A stretch of DNA of 64,000 nt, from the NCBI GenBank assembly GCA_016930745.1, contig JAFGGE010000002.1, positions 1,685-65,684 on the forward strand. The letters run 5' to 3'. This stretch comes from Sedimentisphaerales bacterium (GTDB lineage: Bacteria > Planctomycetota > Phycisphaerae > Sedimentisphaerales > Anaerohalosphaeraceae). The position numbers and the translations under genes are program-made. How positions within the stretch are numbered: the first letter of the stretch is position 1; every line of letters starts with the position of its first letter. The notes under the pieces are model-generated. The model was given only the letters and a program-made list of their open reading frames with translations. It searched no databases and was not told the origin of the DNA. This document shows positions 56,207 through 64,000 of this stretch, piece after piece.

Positions 56207-58012
56207 ATGGCACGGAAGGCCAGACAAACCAATCAGTTATGTTTTGGTTTTGACCAAGCCGAAAAAGGGAAAGTCGCCACCCTTGAAGAGAAGGAGACGA
56301 TAGAATCTCCTGAAGCAAAAACGCAGATGGCAATGATAAATCCGTCGTCGAAGAGAAAAAAAGAGGAAAAAGCAGCCCGGACACCCGGTGTCCGGGCTGC
56401 CGGCGTTTCCAAACGCGGCAAGAAACAGCAAGCGGCCACGGCCGAATCCATGGCCGCCAGACAGCGGGACATCAGCGTCAGCGAATTTTTTGCCAAGAAT
56501 CGCCACCTGCTGGGATTCGACAATCCGAGAAAAGCCCTGTTGACAGCGGTTAAAGAGGCCGTCGATAACTCGCTGGATGCCTGTGAAGAAGCTCATATTC
56601 TGCCGGATATCCGAATATCCATCCGGCCAATAGAAAATTCCGACAACAAATTCAAGGTTAACGTCACGGACAATGGGCCGGGAATCGTCAAGGCCCAGGT
56701 CCCCAACATATTTGCTCGTTTGTTGTACGGCAGCAAGTTCCATACGCTCAAGATGAGCCGCGGCCAGCAGGGCATCGGGATCAGCGCTGCGGGCATGTAT
56801 GGATTGCTGACCACCGGGGCGCCCGTACAGATCATGACCCGCACCAATCCTTCCAGACCGGCCGTGCATTATCACGTGCAAATCGATACGACACGAAACC
56901 GTCCCGAAGTGGTCCTGGACGAGGAATGCCAGTTCGACCTGCCTACCGGAACCAGCGTTACGATTTCTCTGGAAGGGCGATATCAGAAGGGCAAACAATC
57001 GGTCGATGAATACGTCGCGCAAACGGCGATGGCCAATCCCCATGCCAACATCGTCTACCATGCGCCGGACGGGACGAGCATGACATATGAACGCCAAAGC
57101 CATGAAATGCCTTTCATCCCGATCGAGATCAAACCGCATCCGTACGGAGTCGAATTGGGCGTCCTCTTTAAAATGGCCCGACAGAGCTCCTCCAAAACGC
57201 TCTCGGAGTTTCTCCGGCATGACTTTTCGCGGATCAGCCCTCGTCTGGCGACGGATATTGTTAAAAAGGCCAAACTCTCCTCCCGCCTCAAACCGAACAA
57301 AGTGGTTGTCAAGGAAGTGGAAAAGCTGCATGAAGCGATCAATACCACCAAGATCATGGCTCCTTCCAGCGACTGCATCGGTCCGATCGGCGAAGAAAAA
57401 CTTGTGGAAGGCCTCCAGCGCGTAGTCGAAGCCCGGTTTTATACCGCCTGTACCCGCAAGCCATCGGTTTACCGCGGCAATCCATTTTTGATCGAGGCGG
57501 CCCTGGCCTATGGATGCAGGGACGACAGCGATAAATCCAACGGCGATTCCGACAAAGAGCCCATGATGCGGCTGGTCCGTATCGCCAACCGGGTGCCCCT
57601 GCTGTATCAGCAGTCGGCCGGGGCGATTTATAAAGCCGTGCTGGAGACCAACTGGCGCAACTATGGATTGTCCCAAAGCAGGGGGGCTCTGCCGGCCGGT
57701 CCCCTGGTCCTGATGGTGCATGTCGCCTCGGTGTGGGTCCCTTTCACCTCCGAAAGCAAGGAGGCCATCGCCCATTACCCCGAGATCATCAAGGAAATCA
57801 AGCTGGCCGTTCAGGAGTGCGGACGAAAGCTCGGACTGCACCTCCGACGGCAGCGGCGCGTGCACGAAGAGATGAAAAAACGATCCTATATCGAAACCTA
57901 TCTTCCCCCCATTGGGGAAGCCCTTCGCGATATTTTGGCCCTCAAGGACAACCAGGTCGAGAGGGTCGTGGAAAAATTAAAAGAAACGCTGGAACGCTCT
58001 CGAAAAGTGTAG
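56207..58012 (+). CDS. top6B: DNA topoisomerase VI subunit B (GHKL ATPase) with a basic N-terminal extension
   Basis: It is collinear with archaeal Top6B: SVSEFFAKNRHLLGFDNPRKALLTAVKEAVDNSLDA (Bergerat N-box), VTDNGPGI, LLYGSKF, RGQQGIGISAA, the H2TH region IKPHPYGVELG and the transducer (YRGNPFLIEAALAYG, RIANRVPLLY, VHVASVWVPFTSESKEAI). The in-frame ATG at 56207 lies 8 nt after AAAAGGAG. Confidence 0.85.
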   Translation: MARKARQTNQLCFGFDQAEKGKVATLEEKETIESPEAKTQMAMINPSSKRKKEEKAARTPGVRAAGVSKRGKKQQAATAESMAARQRDISVSEFFAKNRHLLGFDNPRKALLTAVKEAVDNSLDACEEAHILPDIRISIRPIENSDNKFKVNVTDNGPGIVKAQVPNIFARLLYGSKFHTLKMSRGQQGIGISAAGMYGLLTTGAPVQIMTRTNPSRPAVHYHVQIDTTRNRPEVVLDEECQFDLPTGTSVTISLEGRYQKGKQSVDEYVAQTAMANPHANIVYHAPDGTSMTYERQSHEMPFIPIEIKPHPYGVELGVLFKMARQSSSKTLSEFLRHDFSRISPRLATDIVKKAKLSSRLKPNKVVVKEVEKLHEAINTTKIMAPSSDCIGPIGEEKLVEGLQRVVEARFYTACTRKPSVYRGNPFLIEAALAYGCRDDSDKSNGDSDKEPMMRLVRIANRVPLLYQQSAGAIYKAVLETNWRNYGLSQSRGALPAGPLVLMVHVASVWVPFTSESKEAIAHYPEIIKEIKLAVQECGRKLGLHLRRQRRVHEEMKKRSYIETYLPPIGEALRDILALKDNQVERVVEKLKETLERSRKV

Positions 58013-58021
58013 GAAAACGTC

Positions 58022-59380
58022 ATGCCGGAACTCATTATCAGCATCAGCGGGATGCGGGGAATCATCGGAGAAAACCTGCATCCGGAAATCGCCGCGCGGT
58101 ATGGGGCCGCCTTCGGGACCTTCTTGAAAGCCGGCGGCAAAAACGGCCCGGTTTGTATCGGTCGGGATTCTCGTCCGTCCGGACCGATGCTGGCTTCGGC
58201 GCTGGCATCGGGAATCATGAGCGTCGGTCTGGATGTGGTTGATCTGGGCATCGTCACAACGCCCACCGTCGGAATTCTGGTTCGTCATCTGGATTGTGCC
58301 GGCGGCGTAGTGGTCACCGCCAGCCATAATCCGATCGAATACAATGGGATCAAACTGCTGCTGGATAACGGAATTGCACCGCCCAAACCCCTGGCCGAAC
58401 AGATTCGTTCGATGTATCTGGAAGGCAAATCCGGACCGGTCTCTTCCATCGACTGCGGAACGTGCACGCCGGCCGAAGACCCGGACACGATCCATATCGA
58501 TAAGGTTCTGTCGATTGTCGATGTGGAATCGATCTCCGCCTGCAATTTCAAGGTGGTTCTGGACAGCGTCAATGGGGCCGGCGGACGTCCCGGCGTCCGT
58601 CTGCTGCAAAGTCTGGGCTGTCAGATCGTCCAGGTCAATACCGAACCGAGCGGCCTCTTTGCCCATACCCCCGAGCCGACGGCCGAAAACCTCAGGGATT
58701 TGTGCACGCAGGTCACACAAGCCCGGGCGCATATCGGTTTTGCCCAGGATCCCGATGCCGATCGACTGGCCATCGTCGATGAGACCGGACGCTACATCGG
58801 CGAAGAGTACACCCTAGGCCTGGCCGCCAGGCTGGTCTATATGGAGCGGAAAGGCACAGCCGCCGCCAACCTTTCCACCTCTCGGATGATCGACGACATC
58901 GCCTCGCAAAGCGGTGGCAAAGTGATTCGCACGCCGGTTGGCGAGGCCAACGTGGCCCAGGCGATGATCGAAAATCACTGTGTCATCGGCGGCGAAGGCA
59001 ACGGCGGCGTGATCGATCTGCGGATCGGACCGGTGAGGGACAGCCTCGTGGCCATGGCGATGGTCTTACAGCTCATGGCCAGAACGGGAAAACCTGTCGG
59101 CGTTCTGGCCGACGAAATCGGCGGTTATGATATGCATAAAAGTAAATTTTCCGCCGACCCGCAGCAGGCACGCCGGATCATCGATAAGGCGAAAATGGTC
59201 TTTTCCAAGGCAAAAATCGATGAGTCGGACGGCTGTCGTTTCGACCTGCCGGATGGCTGGATTCACCTTCGAACCAGCAATACCGAGCCGGTCATGCGCT
59301 CAATCATTGAAACACGGCGTCCGGAGATAACGCAACGATACCGAGACGCTGTGGATCAGATCCGAAACGAAATCGGATAA
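58022..59380 (+). CDS. phosphohexomutase (PGM/PMM/GlmM superfamily)
   Basis: Motifs are SGMRGIIG, the active-site TASHNPIEYNGIKL, the Mg loop FAQDPDADR and the sugar loop GGEGNGG. Confidence 0.85.
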   Translation: MPELIISISGMRGIIGENLHPEIAARYGAAFGTFLKAGGKNGPVCIGRDSRPSGPMLASALASGIMSVGLDVVDLGIVTTPTVGILVRHLDCAGGVVVTASHNPIEYNGIKLLLDNGIAPPKPLAEQIRSMYLEGKSGPVSSIDCGTCTPAEDPDTIHIDKVLSIVDVESISACNFKVVLDSVNGAGGRPGVRLLQSLGCQIVQVNTEPSGLFAHTPEPTAENLRDLCTQVTQARAHIGFAQDPDADRLAIVDETGRYIGEEYTLGLAARLVYMERKGTAAANLSTSRMIDDIASQSGGKVIRTPVGEANVAQAMIENHCVIGGEGNGGVIDLRIGPVRDSLVAMAMVLQLMARTGKPVGVLADEIGGYDMHKSKFSADPQQARRIIDKAKMVFSKAKIDESDGCRFDLPDGWIHLRTSNTEPVMRSIIETRRPEITQRYRDAVDQIRNEIG

Positions 59381-59390
59381 GAAGAACGAG

Positions 59391-60305
59391 ATGAATGAAA
59401 GCATTCTCCAGCAGGCCAATCGGAAGATTAAAAAAATCACTGTTTGGGGATTATGGGTTAATATCGCCCTGGCCGCTTTGAAACTGACGACAGGTTTATT
59501 GACCGGGTCTCTGGCCCTGGCCGCCGACGGAATCCACTCGGTTTCGGATATGGCCACGGATGTCGCCGTACTGCTGGGAACTCATTTCGGGGCCAAGGAG
59601 CCCGACATGGAGCATCCGTATGGTCATGGAAGGTTTGAAACCTTTGCGACGGCCTTCGTGGGTTTGGCATTAATCGTGGTCGGAGGAGGTATGATACAAC
59701 AGGCCGGCCTGGCGATAGTCCGAGCCCACAGCGGCATGAAACCTGTCTTTCAAGTGGGTCCCTGGGTTATGCTGACGGCGGCGATTTCCATCGCCGCCAA
59801 GGAAGTAATGTATTGGAAGACCCGTTCGGTGGCGATGGCCACGCAAAGTACGGCGCTCTATGCCAATGCCTGGCATCATCGCAGCGATGCCCTCAGTTCG
59901 GTGGCCGTTTTCGTCGGTTTTATCGCGATGCTGTTCGGATATGTGCATGGGGATCAGATCGCCGCCATTGCCGTAGGCCTGATGATTATTCTGGTCGGAG
60001 TCAAGGTAATCGGCGGGTGTTATCAGGAGCTGACCGAACGATCCGCCGATTCGAAAACCATGGAACAAATCTGCCGGATCATCGCCTCGGAACACCGCAT
60101 TCGAAACTGGCACAAACTACGGACCCGAACCGTCGGGCGGGAAATCTTTCTCGATCTGCATATTCTGGTCGATCCGGCTCTGAGCATTACCGAAGCGCAT
60201 ACAATCGCCGACGGCCTGGAACGATCCCTGCACGCCCAAATGTCCCGGCCGTTGAACATTATGGTTCATATCGAGCCGGACATTCCCGAGTTGCGCAGGG
60301 ATTAA
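59391..60305 (+). CDS. cation diffusion facilitator (CDF) family transporter
   Basis: It has six TM segments with HSVSD and HHRSDALSS metal-site motifs, and a C-terminal cytoplasmic domain (HKLRTRTVGREIFLDLHILV). Confidence 0.9.
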   Translation: MNESILQQANRKIKKITVWGLWVNIALAALKLTTGLLTGSLALAADGIHSVSDMATDVAVLLGTHFGAKEPDMEHPYGHGRFETFATAFVGLALIVVGGGMIQQAGLAIVRAHSGMKPVFQVGPWVMLTAAISIAAKEVMYWKTRSVAMATQSTALYANAWHHRSDALSSVAVFVGFIAMLFGYVHGDQIAAIAVGLMIILVGVKVIGGCYQELTERSADSKTMEQICRIIASEHRIRNWHKLRTRTVGREIFLDLHILVDPALSITEAHTIADGLERSLHAQMSRPLNIMVHIEPDIPELRRD

Positions 60306-61738
60306 ACCTGCTCGGGAACCACAAAGGGCCTTCGATACTCCCTCAAAAGCAGCGTGTTGGCCTCTGCGCTCAGCGGGCCTGTGAATCGTTCCGATTGGGG
60401 GTTGCAGGCCAACAGAGGCCCCAGAACTTGCGGCGTGATTTGAAGATCCACTTGATTGGCCGCCAGATGCGACTCCATGCGTTCGATGCAATCTTGGAGG
60501 ATCGAATGGCCGGAATAGGAAGCCCGAACTTCGTCGAATGACGCCTGCTTGCCGAGCCGGTAGGAAATGTTGCCCATATGACAGAGACTGCTGGACAAGT
60601 GTCCCTCCAGAACATCGGCGTTCAGATCGCTGCTCTTGCGGCTTCGGACGGCCTGGATGAAATTCGCATGATGTCCGCCGCCGCCGTCGCGCGGAAACGC
60701 CTTGACTTTTTTGCCCTCCTTGTCGTAGATCCAGCCGCCGGCCAGATATCCTCCTTCGCAGTGGATCACCACATCGATGCGTATGTCGCGATAATGATCC
60801 ATCGCCGAATCGCCTTTGGCGCGGGGCAATCCCCTCACTTCATACACAATCGGCGGGGCGTCATCATATTCCAGCATCACCACCTGCGTATTGGGGGTTT
60901 CTCCATCGTCAACATACCCAAACCGTCCCCCGACACAATACACACGGTCGGCCAGACGCTGTCGTCCGACTGCCCAGCGACATACATCCATGAAGTGGAT
61001 CCCGTTATTGCCCAGGTCGCCGTTGCCCGTTGGCCATACCCAGTGCCAGTCATAATGCAGCCGTTTACGCATCAGCGGCGCCAGCGGCGCCGGCCCCGAC
61101 CAGAGATTATAATCCACCGAAGCCGGAATGGGTTGAGGTCCGTCCACCTTTCCTATGCTGTCCCGCCGGACATAACACAGGCCCCGGGCCAGTGTGATCT
61201 TGCCCAATTGGCCCGATTGCAAGTATTGGATCGCCTCCTGCAGGCCAAGATCGCTGCGCCGCTGCATCCCCGACTGTACGATTCGGTTGTACTTCCGGGC
61301 GGCCTGGACCATCCGCCTGCCTTCGGCGATGGTGTGGCAAACCGGTTTTTCAACGTATACATCCTTGCCCGCCTGGCAGGCCCAGGTCGTCGCCAGTGCG
61401 TGCCAGTGGTTTGGCGCGGCAACGATGACTGCGTCGATGTTCTTGTCGTCCAGAATCCGACGCAGATCGGTATGGGTTGTCACGGCTTCGTTTCGCTCGG
61501 CGAATTTCTTGGCCTCGCGATCCAGGACGGCGCTGTCCGGATCGCACAGTGCGGCGATCTTTACCCCGTCGATCTTGCCGAACCAGTTGACATGGTTGCT
61601 GCCCTGATTATGGAGACCGATGACGGCAAGGCGGATATTACCATTGGCCCCGCGCACCTTCGAAAAGGGAAGCAGAATAGCCGACATTCCAAACGCTGTG
61701 CTCTGCAAAAAGCTTCGACGCGTCCATCGATTCATCAT
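60302..61738 (-). CDS. Tat-exported Gfo/Idh/MocA-family oxidoreductase
   Basis: It has a twin-arginine signal (MMNRWTRRSFLQSTAFG), the Rossmann motif RLAVIGLHNQGSNH and EKP (VYVEKPV). Confidence 0.8.
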   Translation of the reverse strand: MMNRWTRRSFLQSTAFGMSAILLPFSKVRGANGNIRLAVIGLHNQGSNHVNWFGKIDGVKIAALCDPDSAVLDREAKKFAERNEAVTTHTDLRRILDDKNIDAVIVAAPNHWHALATTWACQAGKDVYVEKPVCHTIAEGRRMVQAARKYNRIVQSGMQRRSDLGLQEAIQYLQSGQLGKITLARGLCYVRRDSIGKVDGPQPIPASVDYNLWSGPAPLAPLMRKRLHYDWHWVWPTGNGDLGNNGIHFMDVCRWAVGRQRLADRVYCVGGRFGYVDDGETPNTQVVMLEYDDAPPIVYEVRGLPRAKGDSAMDHYRDIRIDVVIHCEGGYLAGGWIYDKEGKKVKAFPRDGGGGHHANFIQAVRSRKSSDLNADVLEGHLSSSLCHMGNISYRLGKQASFDEVRASYSGHSILQDCIERMESHLAANQVDLQITPQVLGPLLACNPQSERFTGPLSAEANTLLLREYRRPFVVPEQV

Positions 61739-61783
61739 GCAATTCTCCAGACCATTCGTGATTCTGATCTATTCGAGTGTATT

Positions 61784-64000
61784 CTACTCCAGGACCGCTG
61801 TCCAGTTACGGAGTAAAACCGAAAGATCCTGCCAGTCGACGAGGCAATCCCCGCCGTCCGGCGCAATATCCGCCGCCGCGTCATCCGTCAGCCAGCATCT
61901 GGCGACAATGGCAAAATCCTCCAGACCGATCCGACCGTCGTCATTTAAATCTCCATCAGCCTGAAGCGAGGGGCTTGGCCAGGAAGCGACTTCGGACATT
62001 TTGCCGTCATACAAAACATACGCCTTAATTTGACATGCGCCGCGCGGCTGCGTGGCCTTCCATCCGAACGAAGGAATGAGTGTCTGGTCCGGATCCAGAT
62101 CTTCAAACTCCTCTTCGAAACTTTCCAGGACAGTTTCTTCCATGTCCAGTATTTCGACTGCGAGCGTTCCCGAAACCGGTTGATCTCCCATGTTCTGAAA
62201 TTTGCACTTGATGGTGACGCTTTCCTGTACGGAAAAACAGCGCGGTGTTACATTTAACCCGCCCATGTCGATATCCGTCTGGCCAAGGGAAAAAACGGCG
62301 GCGTCCTGATCCAGTACAGCGCCCGACAGGCTCCGCACAACAACTTCAAGAGTCAGGCTGTTTGGATCGCAGCCCGTGCTGTCCCAACTCTGTTCGAGAG
62401 TCGCCAGACCCTCAACATTGTGCAGCCGACGAATCGGAAGTCCGGTCAGAACTCCATCGTCCGGGGTGTGAATGGCCGTTTCGACAAGAAGATCGACAGC
62501 TTTTTTGCCGCTGTTTTGAAGCAGGAGATCCCATCGCACCGATTCGCCCAGTCGATACATGGTCTGTGTCGTCTGGAGTTTACGAATCGTCACATCGGTT
62601 TGGATGTAGTCGATGGCGAAGTCGAAACTCTGATAAAATTGAACATGCGTTGTATTGGGATTGGTACGGAACGGATATACATGAATGACCAGGGTCGTTT
62701 CCTTCCCGGGCTCCTGAATCGTTGACCATTCGAACTCCTCTTCGGGCCACCAACCCTCTACAGCGGCAGAAGCGGGAGGAGGAGCTGACGGACCGGTTTC
62801 CGCCGGTGTCACAACCGGCAGGCTCAATGTGTCCTCATGCAAACCCTCTTTTTTGAGCAGTTCCACATTCTGTACACGATACCCCGCGGGAAAGCGAATA
62901 GACACATCGTATGCGGGCACAAGCGGCTTGTCGGGAATCATCAGCATGGTCCCGCCCGGGATAGATACATCCTCGAGAGAATCACCCTCGGAGTGCAGCA
63001 CGTCATACATCGGTATGGTGACATGAATCGAACTCAATGGGCCCTGTAAGTCCTCGGCAGGGGGTGGCACGGCAGTTTGCATTTCACTGGGAGCCGCCAG
63101 CACCGGCTCCAGTTTGGGATCTCCATACAGGTGATAAATGGCTGAATTGTACTTGCCGTAACTGTCGTCTCCCATGCGATTTCGTTTGGCTTCTTTCAAG
63201 GCCCTTCCCGCCGTATAACCCACATCAAATCGCTCCCAGAAGCCCTCAGCCAGATATCGATTATACGGGCTGTAGCTTACTTCGGTTGCCCCGATATAGG
63301 CGCTGGCTCCTTTAAAAAGGAATCGTTCTCCCAGACATTTGGTCGGCGGATATCGCCCGGTCAGGCACGAATTGGCATATACCAGCGGTGCTCCCGCCCC
63401 GGGATCCCAGGAATCTCGCACGGTGGTGTCATGCAGCCTGTCGATACCGTTCTCCCAGCCATGGGCCGCCAGGTGAATCACATCCTTGCCCACCATGTTG
63501 GACACCCATGTCGATTCACCCGGCTCATCCAGTTCCGTCGTATGACTCCAGTTATCGTCAATCCGTCTTTCTATGCGATTCCGTTCGTTGTTGAAATTAA
63601 TCGTTGTGGCGTCCCCACTGGGGCCACGAGGTTCTCCGCTGACGATCAGAGCATGCGACTGGTTGAAGTCGCGTGTCCCGTTCAAGATGCCCAACGTCGT
63701 TTCAATGGGTACGATCATATCGTCTACCTTGTTGCCGATAATCCGCCCCACACACAATTCCGGCTGCTTCTCATGCCCGGCCGTATTGGCGTAAAAATTG
63801 TCCGTATATTCGATGATTTTATCCCCTTTGCCGACATCTCCGTATTTGGCGGAAAAAGCAGGGATAATCCGCGTTTCCCCAACGAATAGAAGATATCCCC
63901 CGTCGCACCAGCCGGGACAGAGTTTCGTGGCCCATGCCCCGTCGCATTCCAGCAGGCTGTCCAGCGTATGACGGTCCCCAGGAGAGACCGACGATTCGGA
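61784..64000 (-). CDS. C25 (gingipain)-like cysteine peptidase with Ig-like region and dockerin-like tail; 5' end beyond the right edge
   Basis: My translation shows the frame stays open to nt 64000. The track only starts it at a TTG at 63757. A caspase-fold His/Cys dyad context is present (VIHLAAHGWENG and LVYANSCLTG), followed by beta-rich repeats. The tail is ADGDLNDDGRIGLEDFAIVARCWL...DCLVDWQDLSVLLRNW. Confidence 0.6.
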   Translation of the reverse strand, partial: SESSVSPGDRHTLDSLLECDGAWATKLCPGWCDGGYLLFVGETRIIPAFSAKYGDVGKGDKIIEYTDNFYANTAGHEKQPELCVGRIIGNKVDDMIVPIETTLGILNGTRDFNQSHALIVSGEPRGPSGDATTINFNNERNRIERRIDDNWSHTTELDEPGESTWVSNMVGKDVIHLAAHGWENGIDRLHDTTVRDSWDPGAGAPLVYANSCLTGRYPPTKCLGERFLFKGASAYIGATEVSYSPYNRYLAEGFWERFDVGYTAGRALKEAKRNRMGDDSYGKYNSAIYHLYGDPKLEPVLAAPSEMQTAVPPPAEDLQGPLSSIHVTIPMYDVLHSEGDSLEDVSIPGGTMLMIPDKPLVPAYDVSIRFPAGYRVQNVELLKKEGLHEDTLSLPVVTPAETGPSAPPPASAAVEGWWPEEEFEWSTIQEPGKETTLVIHVYPFRTNPNTTHVQFYQSFDFAIDYIQTDVTIRKLQTTQTMYRLGESVRWDLLLQNSGKKAVDLLVETAIHTPDDGVLTGLPIRRLHNVEGLATLEQSWDSTGCDPNSLTLEVVVRSLSGAVLDQDAAVFSLGQTDIDMGGLNVTPRCFSVQESVTIKCKFQNMGDQPVSGTLAVEILDMEETVLESFEEEFEDLDPDQTLIPSFGWKATQPRGACQIKAYVLYDGKMSEVASWPSPSLQADGDLNDDGRIGLEDFAIVARCWLTDDAAADIAPDGGDCLVDWQDLSVLLRNWTAVLE

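Noticed and set aside
56237-57865. 542-aa minus-strand ORF opposite top6B. Analogous long shadow ORFs lie opposite serA (54878-55975), trpE (49576-50559), the oxidoreductase (60578-61816) and the GH genes (20302-21231, 22357-23475).
   Set aside because: The opposite strand encodes unmistakable conserved proteins in each case. The antisense translations are Arg/Gly/Pro-rich without recognisable domains.
60302-60305. Convergent CDF transporter and oxidoreductase genes share their stop codons in a palindromic TTAA.
   Set aside because: It is real in the sequence but probably a trivial consequence of compact gene packing. It has no obvious functional implication beyond the absence of an intergenic terminator.
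1-64000. Window-wide look for CRISPR arrays, IS elements, toxin-antitoxin pairs, restriction-modification or other known defence genes, and rRNA.
   Set aside because: None was recognised. Intergenic gaps are short, with the largest about 320 bp, and contain no spaced direct repeats. No nuclease, methylase or transposase motifs were seen in any sizeable ORF.

Overview
Densely coding 64-kb chromosomal segment from a moderately GC-rich bacterium. The lineage is inferred, not shown: Tat-signal Gfo/Idh/MocA paralogues, dockerin-like C-termini, giant beta-helix proteins and many secreted CAZymes fit the PVC superphylum (Planctomycetota/Phycisphaerae-like). I call about 50 CDS and one tRNA-Ser(UGA). 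I recognised no rRNA, CRISPR array, transposase, integrase or phage genes. Main blocks are: (1) a GH109 / sugar-1-P nucleotidyltransferase / NahK-like anomeric kinase / Na+:solute symporter / CutC cluster at 1.3-7.4 kb, which looks like N-acetylhexosamine salvage. (2) A 3010-aa secreted giant protein at 9.9-18.9 kb, behind a perfect TTGACA-N18-TATAAT promoter. It has five parallel beta-helix modules, a coiled-coil plus hydrophobic-hairpin region, a domain that looks (from memory) like the C-terminal TcB-binding domain of Tc-toxin A subunits, and a dockerin-like tail. (3) A minus-strand run of a lipid kinase, a TerB/pseudo-receiver protein, an ABC-2-like permease and two large glycoside hydrolases, one of them a GH5 + alginate-lyase-like + GH53 fusion. 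(4) A glycan-utilisation stretch with GH32 and several unassignable secreted proteins. (5) A trpE-G-D-F-B-A operon without trpC, preceded by its own promoter, a leader peptide with three consecutive Trp codons and an intrinsic terminator, i.e. a classic attenuator. (6) serA, an unpaired topoisomerase VI B-subunit gene, a phosphohexomutase, a CDF transporter and a C25-like peptidase with the same dockerin-like tail. The strongest candidates for novelty are the TcA-like giant protein, the trp attenuator in this lineage and the orphan top6B. All homology calls come from motif recognition by eye and need HMM or structure checks.
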